From: an uncultured delta proteobacterium
GTDB lineage: Bacteria > Desulfobacterota > Binatia > Binatales > Binataceae
Length of the DNA: 64,000 bases
Reading direction: 5' to 3'
NCBI GenBank assembly: GCA_963805315.1
Contig: CAWDTQ010000002.1
Coordinates: 137,694 to 201,693, forward strand
The position numbers and the translations under genes were made by a program. The first letter of the stretch is position 1. Each line of letters opens with the position of its first letter. The notes under the pieces are model-generated. The model had not been told where the DNA came from and searched no databases. It was given only the letters and a program-made list of their open reading frames with translations. Positions 1-11,404 of the stretch are shown piece after piece.

Positions 1-3000
1 CAACGGCGCCATGGCGTCGAGCCCTTCTGCGAGTTGCCTGGGCGTGACAGTGAGGCTCCGTCGGTCCGACGGCAGCGCGCTCAGCGACTCGCGAACCAGA
101 GCGATCGAGTCTGCGATTCCCTTGAGCCATTGCCGATCCACGACCGGCCGCGCGACCATCTCGCGGCACGCGTTGCCAAGCGCAATCAGATGTCCCGCCA
201 GGTTGCCGCTGTCGACCGACGACACGTACCTCGGGTCCAGCGGCCGCAGGTCGCGCGTGGCGTACCAGTTGTAGAAATGCCCGCGGAACTGCTCCATCCG
301 TTTCATCGTGTCGAGCGTCGCGCCCAGCCGCTCGGCGGTTTCATGCGTTCCGATCCAGCCGAAGTCGTGCGCCGCGACGGTCGACAGAAGGTACAGTCCG
401 AGGTTGGTGGGCGATGTGCGATGAGCCAGCACGGGCTTCGGGTCTTCCTGAAAATTGTCCGGCGGCAGCATGCTGTCTTCCGCCGTCACGAACTTCTCGA
501 AAAATCGCCAAGTGCGGCGCGCGCTCAGACGCAGCGCCGTCGTGTCGGCCGCCGAGAGCGCCTTGGTGCCGTTGATCGACGGCGGCAGACTTGCCCGCCG
601 CGCGAGGTCCGGCGACAGCATCCACAAAATCACGAACGGAACTGCGAAGATCGCGCCGCCGCGGCCCGCCCAGGCGACGACAATCGCCGCAGCGGCCGCC
701 AGCGCCAGGCCTCCGGCCATCATGCCGTAAAAGCCGCGCACGTCGGGTCGAGCCGTCTGCTTGGCCTGCGCCGCGGTCCTCCACTCGAGCAGCAGCCGAT
801 GACTCACGCACAGACGGTAGAGCGTTCGCGAAATCGCGTCGGTCATCAGCCACGCCTGATGCGCGAGCATCGTCAGCATCATCGCAACCTGCGCGAGCCC
901 AGCGGTCAGGTCAGTGATAACCGCGCGGATATGGCTGCGCTTGGAGATGTCGCGCCGGCGAGGGACGATTCCAGTCACAAACGGGAGCATCGGCGCGGTC
1001 GCGACGGTCGCGACAATGAACGCCGTCCAAACAGCCGCAGCGGCGGTCGGCAGCGTCCAGCCCGCAACCAATGCCAGCAGCGTCAGCGGGGCCGACAGCG
1101 TGCGGCGAAGGTTGTCGATCATTTTCCAGCGGCCCAGAGCCGGAATCGATGAACGACCGTCACGCGTCTGCGAGGCAGCCGGGTCGGTGTTGGAACCGTG
1201 CGCGCGGCCCAAAATCCACGGCAGCAGTTGCCAGTCGCCGCGTGCCCATCGATGCTGCCGGGCGGCGGCGACGTCGTAGCGCGACGGAAACTCCTCGACC
1301 AGTTCGACGTCGGACACCAATCCCGAGCGCGCGAAAGTTCCCTCAAAGAGATCGTGGCTCAGCAGTGTGTCGTCGGGAACGCGGCCGTTAAGCGCAGCCT
1401 CGAACACGTCGACGTCGTAAATCCCTTTGCCGCTGTAAGAGCCTTCATCGAGAAGATCCTGATAAACGTCGGAAACGGCGAAGGCGTAAGGGTCGATTCC
1501 CGCGGCGCTCGAGAAGATGCGCTGAAATACCGATCCATCGCGCCCGGTAGGCAATGAAGCCGTAATCCGCGGCTGCAAAACTCCGTGACCTTCGACCACG
1601 CGCCCGACCTGCTGGTCGAATCGCGGAGCGTTGAGCGGATGCGCCATTTTGCCGACCATCCGCCGGGCGGCGCCGCGCGGGAGCCGCGTGTCCGCATCGA
1701 GCGTAATGACGTAGCGCACGCCTTCGGGAACCTCAGGCGCGCGCCCATCCCATGCGACAAAGTTGGTGTTGGTCTCGCCGCGCAGCAGACGATTGAGCTC
1801 GTGCAACTTGCCACGCTTGCGCTCCCAACCCATCCACACGCCTTCAGCTTCGTCCCAGACGCGCCGGCGATGGAGCAGCATGAATCGCGCGCCGGCGGGG
1901 CCCGGTCCATGACGCTGGTTGAGGCGCGCGATTCCCGCCTGGGCGGCGCCGAGCAATTCGTCGTCGCCGGGCGCGGTCTCTGTCGCCGAATCGGCCCAAT
2001 CGGAAAGCAGCGCAAAGTACAGCTCACCGTCAGGACTCGCCAGGTAATGAACCTCGAGCCGCTCGATCTGCTCGTCAACCTCGGCGGGCGTGGTCAACAG
2101 GGTCGGCATCACGACTATCGTGCGCAGACTTGGCGGCACGCCGTCGTGCAAGCTCGAGCGCGGGAATCGTGTTAGGACCGATGACCGTAGTGACGGCGCG
2201 ATTGACCAGCGTGACCGCCGCTTCCATCGCCGGGATTACCGCGAGCATCGCGAGCACGAAGCAGGCCCATCCGCCGATGTGCGCGTCGTCGATCGCAAGC
2301 AAGCCGCACGCCACGATGATTGCGCAGACCACGGCGATCGTGCCGAGGTAACCCTTGATTCCGGCAGCGGTGTTGGCGCGAGCGATCCAGTCGCGGACCG
2401 GCGCGCGAAATCCCAGTTGCGCTTCGAGTGCGTGACGCCCCTCTGAGATCAGGTAGTAGCCCGGATGATGCTCGCGACGCGCCCTGACGCCGTCGCCGCT
2501 TGGCGCTTCGGACGCCGCGCCTTTGGCCGCGGCAATCGCGCCTTGTGCGACCTCGACTTCAGTGTGACCCGAACCCAGCGCAAGTTTTTCGATCGCATGC
2601 CGGTAGCGATCGCGCGTGGCAAAATCCATCGCGGCAAAGTCACTGTCCGCCCGCAGCACCGCATCGACGACGCTTACGCTCTCGAAGAAATCCGCCCAAT
2701 CGAGCGCGGACATCAGGCGCATGCTCGTGATCACGTTGCGGACCGTCACGTTCATCGCGCCCTGCTCCTGATGAACCTGGCGGACGACATCGTCGGCGGT
2801 GGTGCCGTCGGCGGCCAGCCGCTGATCGAGCCAATTCAGCACCGGCGTCACCGCAGGATCCTGGTCGCGCAGGCGCTGAACCATCTGCACCGCGAACGCA
2901 GGCGCGATAGGCGACTTGTCGAAATCCTTGAGCACGGCATCTGCCGGCTCGGCGCCGTGGCCGTCTGCTCCGAGGATCCTGTCCGCCAGCGCGTCGGCGC

Positions 3001-3598
3001 GCTGACGTTGAGCGCGGCTGTGGCCAATCTGTTCAGCGGCTCGCCGCAGGTTTTCGACGAGCACGATGCGCAGCGTGATCGCGACCGCCCACAGCTCGCC
3101 AATAGTCAGTTGCTGCACGCGCTGATACGCCTGCACGAACCGCGCGAGTGTCTGCGGGTCGAAGTGGCTGTCGGTGTGCGCGACGTAGGCCCATGCGATC
3201 CCGAACACGCGCGGATGCCCTTCGAGCGGACCTTCGGCGAGCTTCGGCAGCTGCCGATAGTATCCGCGCGGCAGGTCGTCGCGAATTTCGCGAATCTGCT
3301 CTTCGACAACGTGAAAATTGTCGACCAGCCACTCGGCGGCCGGCGTGATCGCGCGCTCCTCGCGGATTGCACCTGCGATGCTGCGGTACGCCTCGAGCAA
3401 TACGCGCCCGTTCTCGCGCACCCGCGCCGCCATCGGCCTTCCGCGGCCCGGGCGGTCGGTGACGCGCTGCGCAACCGCCAGCGTCTCGCCATGCTGTTCC
3501 AGGCGCTCGACGCTGAACAGTTCCGCCCGGATGGGCTCCTCGGTATGCGCAAAACCGGGAGCCGGTCCTTTGGGCGCGCGAAGAAATAACAAACTCAA
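1..3598 (-). CDS. cyclic beta-1,2-glucan synthase (Cgs/NdvB/ChvB family), N-terminal ~1200 codons; 3' end leaves the window; reading frame broken once near 2147-2153
   Basis: ORF 2075..3598 (AEWLVDNFHVVEEQIREIRDDLPRGYY, TM-rich C-end) stops at 2075. The minus-strand frame with codon starts at 2109, 1860, 1560, 1200, 1140, 600 and 60 was open and protein-like at every point I translated: LHDGVPPSLRTIVVMPTLLTTPAEVDEQIERLEVHYL; VWDEAEGVWMGWERKRGKLH; RDGSVFQRIFSSAA; ALGRWKMIDNLRRTLSAPL. It is absent from the ORF track because it runs off the window edge. Confidence 0.8.
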
Positions 3599-3782
3599 AC
3601 TTGCCTCTCGATCCGGGATGATCCGGCCACGGGAATGGACAACGCGCGAGCTGCGCCAAGCAAGAAATGCGCAGCAGATGCGACTGAACGATCGCCTTCG
3701 TGCGTCGTCCCGTTAGCTACTATATCAGAAATGCGCGGCTTGAGACTCGGCTTGCGGGAACAATCTTGCCGCTTTATCGATA

Positions 3783-4742
3783 GTGGGCGAACATATTGCC
3801 GCCATGCCGACGCGTGACCGTCAATTCAGCGTCTCGTCGCGATGCGAACTTCTGCCCTACTTGCTCAGCACTCCGCTTGGACTGTCGCGCAAGCAGGCGA
3901 AGGATCTGATTCGCTTCAAGGCGGTGACCGTGAAGCGAGTGACAATCGTCAGGCACGACACCCAGTTGGTGCCGGGCGACGTTGTGACTATCGCGGCAGG
4001 CAGACAGATCCCCGCCGCATCGATCGAGCGTCATGGCCTGAAGATAGCCTATCTCGACGATGACATCGTTGTGGTCGACAAACGAGCGGGGCTGCTCTCG
4101 ATGGGATCGGAAGGCGAGAAAGAAAGAACCGCTCATCGGATTCTCAATGAACATTTGAGGGCGCTCACAAAATCCCCGGTGCAACAGGCCTTCATCGTGC
4201 ATCGACTCGATCGCGAGACCTCGGGCTTGATGATGTTCGCAAGAAGTCGCGCGATCCAGGCGGCCCTTCAGCAAAACTGGAAAAACGTCACGAAGAAATA
4301 TCTTGCGATTGTGGAGGGCGCGCCTGCGAAGTCCGAGGGAACGATTCGCGACAATCTTGTCGAGAGCAAGTCATTCAAGATGTATCGCGTCGAGCGCGGT
4401 GGCGAGCTGGCGGTCACTCACTATCGCGTCTTGAACACTGGACAAAAACATTCGCTGATAGAACTAACGCTCGAAACCGGCCGCAAGCACCAGATTCGAG
4501 TGCAGATGGCCGGCTTGGAGCATCCCATCGTCGGCGATCGCAAATACGGCGCGACGACCGATCCAGCGCGGCGACTCGCGCTACATTCCAGTGAGCTGAA
4601 GTTTCGTCATCCGGTATCGGGCGCCTCGATGGATTTTCGCAGTGCCCTGCCGAGCCGCCTGATGGCGCTGATCGAGCGACGCGGAGTCATCGGCGCAAAG
4701 AGCGCCTGTGCGAAATCGCGTAGCGGCAAACAAATGACATAG
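3783..4742 (+). CDS. RluA-family pseudouridine synthase with N-terminal S4 domain (RluD/RluC-like)
   Basis: 319-aa ORF with S4-like LSRKQAKDLIRFKAVTV, catalytic-loop motif HRLDRETSGLMMFARS and GRKHQIRVQMA. The start could also be ATG 3804. Confidence 0.85.
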   Translation: MGEHIAAMPTRDRQFSVSSRCELLPYLLSTPLGLSRKQAKDLIRFKAVTVKRVTIVRHDTQLVPGDVVTIAAGRQIPAASIERHGLKIAYLDDDIVVVDKRAGLLSMGSEGEKERTAHRILNEHLRALTKSPVQQAFIVHRLDRETSGLMMFARSRAIQAALQQNWKNVTKKYLAIVEGAPAKSEGTIRDNLVESKSFKMYRVERGGELAVTHYRVLNTGQKHSLIELTLETGRKHQIRVQMAGLEHPIVGDRKYGATTDPARRLALHSSELKFRHPVSGASMDFRSALPSRLMALIERRGVIGAKSACAKSRSGKQMT

Positions 4743-4920
4743 CGGTGCAATTCTGGCGGCTCGCGAGACTGGCGGATCGGACCCGGATCGACACACAAAA
4801 ACCCGGCATTGATTCATCCGGCGCGAGTCTGACCGCGGCAGCCAAACATTGACGACGCCAGTGACGATTCGCGAGGCGGCAGCGATGCCGAGGCACGCAA
4901 CTTGAATTGATCAATCGGGA

Positions 4921-5301
4921 ATGAGCACCGAAAACGCGAGCGTTCCCGCGATCGACATGCGCGCGATTAGCCAGTTGGCCGAAGGCGATGACGCCGGCGA
5001 TCAATTCATCGCCGAAATCATCGAAGTATATCTTGCCGACTTGAGCGAACGCGTGCGCAAAATCTCCTTACAGATGAGCGAGGGTGACAGCTCCGCAGTC
5101 GCCGCGACCGCACATGCAATCAAAGGCAGCAGCGGTCACTTCGGCGCGGTGAACCTGATCGAGTTGTCCCGTGAGATAGAAGATCGGGCGCGGCGCAAAC
5201 AGACCGATGGCCTTCAGGCGAATATCGATTCTTTGATCGAGGAGGCCGAACGGGTCCGCGCCGCGCTGGAAGCCTTCCGATCCAGCCATGGGTCGCGCTG
5301 A
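4921..5301 (+). CDS. stand-alone histidine phosphotransfer (Hpt) domain protein
   Basis: 126 aa with the Hpt signature HAIKGSSGHFGA around the phospho-accepting His. Confidence 0.75.
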   Translation: MSTENASVPAIDMRAISQLAEGDDAGDQFIAEIIEVYLADLSERVRKISLQMSEGDSSAVAATAHAIKGSSGHFGAVNLIELSREIEDRARRKQTDGLQANIDSLIEEAERVRAALEAFRSSHGSR

Positions 5302-5320
5302 GCGGCTATCCGCCGCGGGA

Positions 5321-5902
5321 TCACGCAGTCGCGGTTTGGGTGGTTGCGGATCCCCCACCGCTTCCACTGCTCAGCGCAAGCATCACTTCAGTCCAGCCGT
5401 CGAAAATCATATCGATGCCGATGAACAGGCCGATGACCCACAACCCTGAAATCGGCCACGAACTCATAATCGAAACTCCCAGGAACAGCGAAATTGCGCC
5501 GTTCAGGATCAGCCATCCGCGATGATGTAACGGAGTCGAGAAGGCGACAAAAATTCTAAAGGTGCCGGCCACGATGAGCAGCATCGCGACCATCAGGGTC
5601 AGCGTCACCGCTGCCAGCCCCGGATGCGTGACCATCAGCAGACCTGTAACCGCATAGAGCAGCCCGCCCATGAGATTGACGAAGAAGCCGCCCCAGGCGC
5701 GCCGGGCGAATCCGTGTACTACCTCGAACAGACCGCCGAAGATCAGTAGCCATCCGAATAGCATCACCGAGACCATCGTCATCAGCTCGGCGCTGCCTAT
5801 CGCGATGGTGCCAAAGATGATCAGCGCCACACCCATAAACAGAAACCAACCGCGATGCGCTCTTACTTCTTCGATTCCCTGAACCGGTACAAGTAACGCC
5901 AT
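5321..5902 (-). CDS. HdeD/DUF308 family membrane protein
   Basis: 193 aa with about six hydrophobic helices carrying the repeated G-x-L/F-x-I-x-G pattern typical of HdeD (GVALIIFGTIAI, LIVAGTFRIF, LFIGIDMIFDGW). Confidence 0.7.
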   Translation of the reverse strand: MALLVPVQGIEEVRAHRGWFLFMGVALIIFGTIAIGSAELMTMVSVMLFGWLLIFGGLFEVVHGFARRAWGGFFVNLMGGLLYAVTGLLMVTHPGLAAVTLTLMVAMLLIVAGTFRIFVAFSTPLHHRGWLILNGAISLFLGVSIMSSWPISGLWVIGLFIGIDMIFDGWTEVMLALSSGSGGGSATTQTATA

Positions 5903-5932
5903 GACGGTCTCCTTGGCTGCCTGGTTTAAGCG

Positions 5933-6373
5933 TCAAAGGTCGGGCGGATCTCTCGGTGCAAAGGCCGCCGCTGGTTCTTCGGTGAAATGGACAGCGGTGC
6001 CCGAGCATTCGAAGTATCCGTTCTCGGTGTAAGGCTCAAAAGCAGGAGAGCTGTCATCCGAGACGAACCATATGCTGGTGTTCACGATCGCATCGACCTG
6101 GCCGCCATACTTGCGGTAGGCGGCTGCTTTGAGTCCGTCACCGTGGACGATCCGGCCACCGGTGGAATCTGGCTGGTTGAAGCAGTAGCCCTCGACACGG
6201 CCCAGGGTGGTGTACTGTGGATTGCCCTTGACGTTTACGCCCGGGACTACCTTGATCTTCTTGATCGCGGCGCTTAAGGCGTCTTGTTTCTGCTGAAGCT
6301 GGGACACATCCTGCTTAACGCTGGAGCATCCCGAGAGAGCAACTATCGCAACCACGAGAACAACTACCTGCAT
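5933..6373 (-). CDS. hypothetical lipoprotein
   Basis: 146 aa. N-terminal signal with lipobox (VALSGCSS) and a soluble Cys-containing domain (GYCF...ECSG). No family confidently recognised. Confidence 0.55.
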   Translation of the reverse strand: MQVVVLVVAIVALSGCSSVKQDVSQLQQKQDALSAAIKKIKVVPGVNVKGNPQYTTLGRVEGYCFNQPDSTGGRIVHGDGLKAAAYRKYGGQVDAIVNTSIWFVSDDSSPAFEPYTENGYFECSGTAVHFTEEPAAAFAPRDPPDL

Positions 6374-6455
6374 AGAAGTCGCCTCATGCCGATCGGCATA
6401 ACCAACTCGCGCGCCCGGTGTAAGCTAATTTTTCTGCGAGTCGGTTGAACCTGCG

Positions 6456-6689
6456 CTACATGCCCTTCTTCCGTCGCTCCGCCCAGCGCTTCTTCATCGC
6501 GATTGACAGCCGTCTTCTACCCTCCGGCGTGAGGCCTCGGCGCTTGCGCCTCTTCGACGTACTTCCCTTGGGTCTGCCGCCGCGCTTCCTCCCGCCCTGT
6601 GATAAGGCGTTTCCGATGAGTGCGGAGATGGCGCGACCGAGTCGATCCCTCTCCTTCTTCAAGTCCGCTACCAATTTTTCCAAGTCCAA
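6456..6689 (-). CDS. small highly basic hypothetical protein
   Basis: 77 aa. N-terminal helix (LEKLVADLKKERDRLGRAISAL) followed by an Arg/Lys-rich tail (GRKRGGRPKGSTSKRRKRRGLTPEGRRRLSIAMKKRWAERRKK). It lies co-directional with its neighbours in an otherwise empty spacer. Confidence 0.5.
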   Translation of the reverse strand: MDLEKLVADLKKERDRLGRAISALIGNALSQGGRKRGGRPKGSTSKRRKRRGLTPEGRRRLSIAMKKRWAERRKKGM

Positions 6690-6819
6690 GGTTGGCTCCT
6701 ATAACTACGCGTGCGTACACGCATTCGAATTCGTATCAACGCAATACCTACTCTTTATATTGGCTCAAGCCAATGGTGCATCACACACAGAATTTTCGGC
6801 AGGCGCCTACGCCTTCCGG

Positions 6820-7455
6820 CTATGGTTGATAGAGGCCGGGGAAGTCCTTCTGGAGCCGCTCGAGTTTCGGCAGGTCATTGTAGACGATGTAGGGCTGATC
6901 GGGATGCAGCGCGAGGTAGTTCTGATGGTAGTCTTCGGCCGGATAGAACCCGGTGAGCGGAACTACCTTGGTTGCTATTGGCTTGGCGAACGAGTGCTTC
7001 TGTTCGAGCTGCGCGATATAGTCATCCGCCATCTTCTTCTGAGCGTCGTTCTCATAGAAGATCGAGGAGCGATATTGAGTTCCTGAATCCGGGCCCTGCC
7101 TATTCACCTCTGTCGGATCGTGAGCGACGAAAAAGAATACCTTCAGCAGATCATCGTACGAGACCTTCGACGGATCGTAAGTAACCTGTACCGACTCGGC
7201 ATGCCCGGTCGTTCCCGAGCTGACGGTTTCGTAGTGCGCGGTGTCTGCGGCGCCGCCCGCGTATCCAGAGACAACTTTGCTCACCCCCTTCACGTGCTTG
7301 AAGACGGCGTCCACTCCCCAGAAGCAGCCGCCCGAAAAAACCGCGCTCGCGCGATCGTTGCCCGGGGCCTGCGCCAAAGCGTCGGTCGACGTCAGGCCGT
7401 ATGAAACGCATCCGACCAGCAAGAACGTGAATATCCAGTTCATTCGCGTTGTCAT
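6820..7455 (-). CDS. msrA: peptide-methionine (S)-S-oxide reductase MsrA, with N-terminal signal peptide
   Basis: 211 aa. Active-site motif GGCFWGVDAVF, followed by GYAGG and HDPT. Confidence 0.9.
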   Translation of the reverse strand: MTTRMNWIFTFLLVGCVSYGLTSTDALAQAPGNDRASAVFSGGCFWGVDAVFKHVKGVSKVVSGYAGGAADTAHYETVSSGTTGHAESVQVTYDPSKVSYDDLLKVFFFVAHDPTEVNRQGPDSGTQYRSSIFYENDAQKKMADDYIAQLEQKHSFAKPIATKVVPLTGFYPAEDYHQNYLALHPDQPYIVYNDLPKLERLQKDFPGLYQP

Positions 7456-7584
7456 TCTACCTCTCCAATATCAGAGAGCACTTTCCTGATGCTCATCTAT
7501 ATTAGCAACGCTGGGGACTTGGGTCCGGTTCCCGACGCAGGTTGAATTTGACCGTCGGCACCGAACTCTGAGCAAAATCCATCC

Positions 7585-8304
7585 ATGCGGTTTGCGCCAA
7601 TACTGCTTGCCCTGGTCACGCTCATTTCGACCGGTTTGGGCGGGACGGCTGCCATCCGGCTGCGCGATCGGCTCCATTTGCTGCTCGGCTTCAGTTCCGG
7701 CGCCGTGCTGGCCGTGGCCCTGTTCGACATACTGCCGGAAGTCTTTGCGTTCGACCATGGCGCATCGTACATGCCGATCACCGCGCTCGGTTTCCTCGCC
7801 TTCTTCGGGCTTGAACGTTACACGGCGATGCACCGCGCCCGCGAACATCCTCACCTGGTGGGAGCGCATGAGCCGGAGCTGGGCGCGATGTCCGCCGCCG
7901 GCCTGGCTTTTCACAGTTTCCTGGACGGCGTCGCAATCGGGGTCGGATTTCAGACGAGCGTTGCGATCGGGCTCCTAATTGCCTTCGGCATAATCGCGCA
8001 CGATTTCAGTGACGGGCTGAACACTGTGACCGTCGTGCTTGCTCATGGGAATTCGCGCCGCAACGCCATTTTCTGGTTGACAATCGACATGCTGACGCCG
8101 GTCTTCGGTGCGGCGTCGACGCTGATGTTCGATTTGAGGGGACTCCTGCCGTGGCTGCTTGCATTCTTCGCGGGCTCCTTTCTATACATCGGCGCCTCGG
8201 ATCTGCTGCCGGAAGCTCGCGAGCACGACTCACCGCTGGTTGGCGTAGCCACTTGCATGGGCATGCTTGCAATTTATCTGATCACCCGCCTGCTGCGCGG
8301 CTAA
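7585..8304 (+). CDS. ZIP family divalent-metal transporter (ZupT-like)
   Basis: 239 aa, polytopic. Metal-binding helices HSFLDGVAIG and AHDFSDGL. Confidence 0.85.
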   Translation: MRFAPILLALVTLISTGLGGTAAIRLRDRLHLLLGFSSGAVLAVALFDILPEVFAFDHGASYMPITALGFLAFFGLERYTAMHRAREHPHLVGAHEPELGAMSAAGLAFHSFLDGVAIGVGFQTSVAIGLLIAFGIIAHDFSDGLNTVTVVLAHGNSRRNAIFWLTIDMLTPVFGAASTLMFDLRGLLPWLLAFFAGSFLYIGASDLLPEAREHDSPLVGVATCMGMLAIYLITRLLRG

Positions 8305-8383
8305 GACTGACGGCGAGTTCGACTGTCGCGTGCTTGCGCGGGGCGGTTGGCCAAAAACGGCGTACATATATATTGTCGCCATC

Positions 8384-8560
8384 ATGGAAAAAAAGCTGGC
8401 GCTGCTGCACGTTGTCGTTCAGCTCATCGGGCTCGCTTTGGTTGTCTTCGTTGTTTCCGTGGCCATCGTTGGATGCGGTCTCAAGGAGGAGGAGGCACCC
8501 GACTCGATTCCCGTCCCGGCGCAGACCGTGTCGATGGCCAGTGGGGAAAGGGGCGGTTGA
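8384..8560 (+). pseudogene. truncated duplicate of the 5' end of the RND adaptor gene (lipoprotein signal plus about 20 mature residues)
   Basis: MEKKLALLHVVVQLIGLALVVFVVSVAIVGCGLKEEEAPDSIPVPAQTVSMASGERGG*. By hand alignment, nucleotides 8448-8546 match 11505-11603 (start of the adaptor at 11405) at 86 of 99 positions without gaps. Confidence 0.7.
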
Positions 8561-8613
8561 GGCGGGCAGTATGTGGGCGCGATGTCTCACAGAGCCTTCG
8601 ATAAGGTAAGACT

Positions 8614-10319
8614 ATGGACTTGCCAGGCGGACGCCACTCTCGTCGCTTTTCGATACTGCCGAAATGGGTTTTACAGTACGAAAGAGGCTGGTTGAGGCTG
8701 GATGTTGTTGCTGGTTTGACCAGTGCCGCCGTGGTCATTCCGAAAGCAATGGCGTATTCGACGATTGCGGGCTTACCGGTAGAGGTCGGTCTCTACACTG
8801 CGTTCGTGCCGACGATCGTTTACTCGCTGCTCGGAACGTCCCGGCCACTCAGCGTGAGCACCACTACTACGCTGGCAATCTTGACTGCGACGGAGTTCGG
8901 GCAATTGGTCGTGAGCGATCCCGCCTCTCTGATGAGAACTTCCGCCACACTAACTCTATTGGTGGGAGCAATCCTAGTTCTGGCTTCACTGCTGCGATTG
9001 GGGTTCGTCGCTGATTTCATCTCGGAGCCCGTACTGGTTGGTTTCAAGGCAGGGATCGGGCTCGTCATTGTGTTTGACCAGATCCCAAAAATCCTAGGGA
9101 TACACTTTTCCAGAGGGACTTTCTTCCAGAATCTACTGTCGCTCTTTCACGGGGTGCCCAGCACGTCGCCGACCACCTTGTTGTTGGCAATCGTCATGAT
9201 CGCGTTGTTACTTGGATTCGGACGGTTTGCACCGCGGGCACCAGCTCCGTTAATCGCGGTAGCGATCGGGATCATCAGCGTGAGCCTTCTGAGACTGCAG
9301 GACCATGGCGTGGAATTGGTGGGCCAGATTCCGCAAGGTCTACCATCGATCGTTAAACCGGACCTTCCGTTGGTCAATGTGCTTTGGCCGGGCGCCTTAG
9401 GCATTGCCTTGATGAGCTTCACGGAGACCGTTGCGGCAGGGAGGGCATTCACTGCGAGTGGAGAGCCCTCGCCCGAAGCCAACCGAGAGTTATTGGCAAC
9501 TGGCTTGGCAAATGCTGCGGGCGCTTTCATCGGATGCATGCCCGCCGGCGGTGGGACGTCGCAAACGGCCGTCAATCGCCTTGCGGGAGCGCGTACTCAG
9601 TTGTCAGAAATTGTCGTGGCCGCTATCGCGCTATTCACGATGCTCTTCCTGGCCCCGCTTCTCGCGTTGATGCCTCAGGCAACTCTTGCCGCCGTCGTTA
9701 TCGTATATTCGATAGGGCTGATCCAACCATCCGAGTTCCGAGCGATTCTCAATATTAGAAAAACAGAATTCACCTGGGCCCTGGCTGCCTTTGCCGGCGT
9801 AGTAATTTTGGGAACCTTGGAAGGTATCGTCGCTGCCATCGCGGTATCGCTTTTGGCTCTCGCATACCAGAACGCCGATCCGCCAGTATACGAGCTGAGG
9901 CGTAAACACGGCACGAACGTATTCCGGCCTCGCTCATCCGAGCATCCTGAAGACGAGGAATTTCCGGGCTTATTGTTGCTCCGCCTGGAAGGACGTGTTT
10001 TCTTTGCCAACGCGGGACAGATCGGGCAAAAGATGAATTCGCTGCTCGATAACGCGAAGCCGCTCGTGGTCGCTATAGACCTGAGCGCAGTGACTGATCT
10101 CGAGTACACAGCGCTCAAAATGTTGACCGCGGCGGAGGAGAGACAGCGCAAGCAAGGTGTATCGCTGTGGCTAGTTGGTCTCAACCCGGTGTCTTGCAAA
10201 CCGTCCAAAGGTCGGCTCTGAGCCATCTCCTAGGACTGGACGCATTACAGTTCAATCTTGAGCTAGCTGTCGCAAAATTTCAGTCTTCTTCTATCTCGTT
10301 GGTTGGCGGAAAACGCTGA
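8614..10319 (+). CDS. SulP family anion transporter with C-terminal STAS domain; apparent -1 frame break near 10185-10188
   Basis: ORF 8614..10221 has typical SulP TM blocks and STAS (LLLLRLEGRVFFANAG). After LWLVGLNP the listed frame ends in junk. The adjacent frame reads GVLQTVQRSALSHLLGLDALQFNLELAVAKFQ, a normal STAS C-terminus, and stops at 10317-10319. Confidence 0.85.
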
Positions 10320-10398
10320 CTGTGCAGTTAGCCGACGCGAGCCTGCGCATGCTGGCTAGGCCGTCACGGCCGGGGGTTCGCATAAGGAGATCGCGGTT

Positions 10399-11199
10399 AT
10401 GAGAGATAATTCGCCGAAACGAAAAATCAAGCGCAAACAATACGAGTCCGAACTGCGCAAGCTCCAGGCTGAGCTTTGTAGGTTGCAGGAATGGGTGAAA
10501 CACAAAGGCTTGCGCGTGATAATCGTGTTCGAGGGTCGCGATGCGGCTGGCAAGGGCGGAACGATTAAAGCCATTACCGAGCGCGTCAGCCCGCGCGTAT
10601 TCCGCATCGCCGCTCTGCCTGCGCCGTCCGACCGCGAGAAGTCGCAGATGTACATGCAGCGTTATGTGCAGCATTTCCCGACCGCCGGCGAAGTCGTGAT
10701 CTTCGATCGGAGTTGGTACAACCGAGCGGGGGTGGAATATGTGATGGGCTTCTGCAGCAAGGAGGAGCATCGTCGGTTTCTCGAACTGTGCCCGACGGTT
10801 GAAAACTATATCGTGGACGCTGGCATTCACCTCGTGAAGATCTGGCTCGAGGTCAGTGATGAGGAGCAAAAACGTCGCTTCGAGGCACGCCTTGACGATC
10901 CGCTACGTCAGTGGAAACTCAGTCCCATGGACCTGCCTTCGCGCAGTAAATGGTTTGAGTATTCGCGCGCGCGTGACCTGATGCTTGCGGCCACGGATAC
11001 GAAACACGCGCCTTGGTACATCTTGAACTCCGACGACAAGAAGCGCGCACGACTGAACTGCATCCGTCACATCCTGAATTTGATTCCCTACAAGGACGTT
11101 CCGCGCGAGAAGGTGAAGGTGCCGAAACGTGCGACCAAAGACGCGTACGACGACAAGTCCTCGCTGAAGGGGAGCAAATTCGTGCCGGAGAAATATTGA
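10399..11199 (+). CDS. ppk2: polyphosphate kinase 2 (PPK2)
   Basis: 266 aa. Walker A GRDAAGKGGTIK, then FDRSWYNRAGVE. AAGGAG RBS lies 10 nt upstream. Confidence 0.9.
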   Translation: MRDNSPKRKIKRKQYESELRKLQAELCRLQEWVKHKGLRVIIVFEGRDAAGKGGTIKAITERVSPRVFRIAALPAPSDREKSQMYMQRYVQHFPTAGEVVIFDRSWYNRAGVEYVMGFCSKEEHRRFLELCPTVENYIVDAGIHLVKIWLEVSDEEQKRRFEARLDDPLRQWKLSPMDLPSRSKWFEYSRARDLMLAATDTKHAPWYILNSDDKKRARLNCIRHILNLIPYKDVPREKVKVPKRATKDAYDDKSSLKGSKFVPEKY

Positions 11200-11404
11200 A
11201 TGATTGCGCGAATGCATCACTTCTGCGCCCGATACTGGAAGCGGAAGGGTTGGCAATGTCCCGTCATCCAGCTACATTCCTGCCGAGTTCACGCAACGCC
11301 CACGAATAACGACCGCAGCGGGACAATCGGCACTGACGTGACCTCCGCAGGTAACGGAATTGACGGGTCAATCGTTGCCATCGGGCCCGTAACTGAAGGC
11401 ATAT

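Noticed and set aside
34-1152. Long plus-strand ORFs (34..1152, 455..730, 591..917, 914..1279 and others) overlapping the glucan synthase region.
   Set aside because: They are extremely Arg/Pro/Ala-rich with no recognisable domains. They lie antisense to a frame that translates into a clearly conserved glycosyltransferase. These are typical GC-rich shadow ORFs. The same reasoning applies to 2465..3589, 22129..23025, 24049..25443, 36018..36923, 39305..40828, 46328..47245, 51102..51881, 58222..58941 and 60269..61009.
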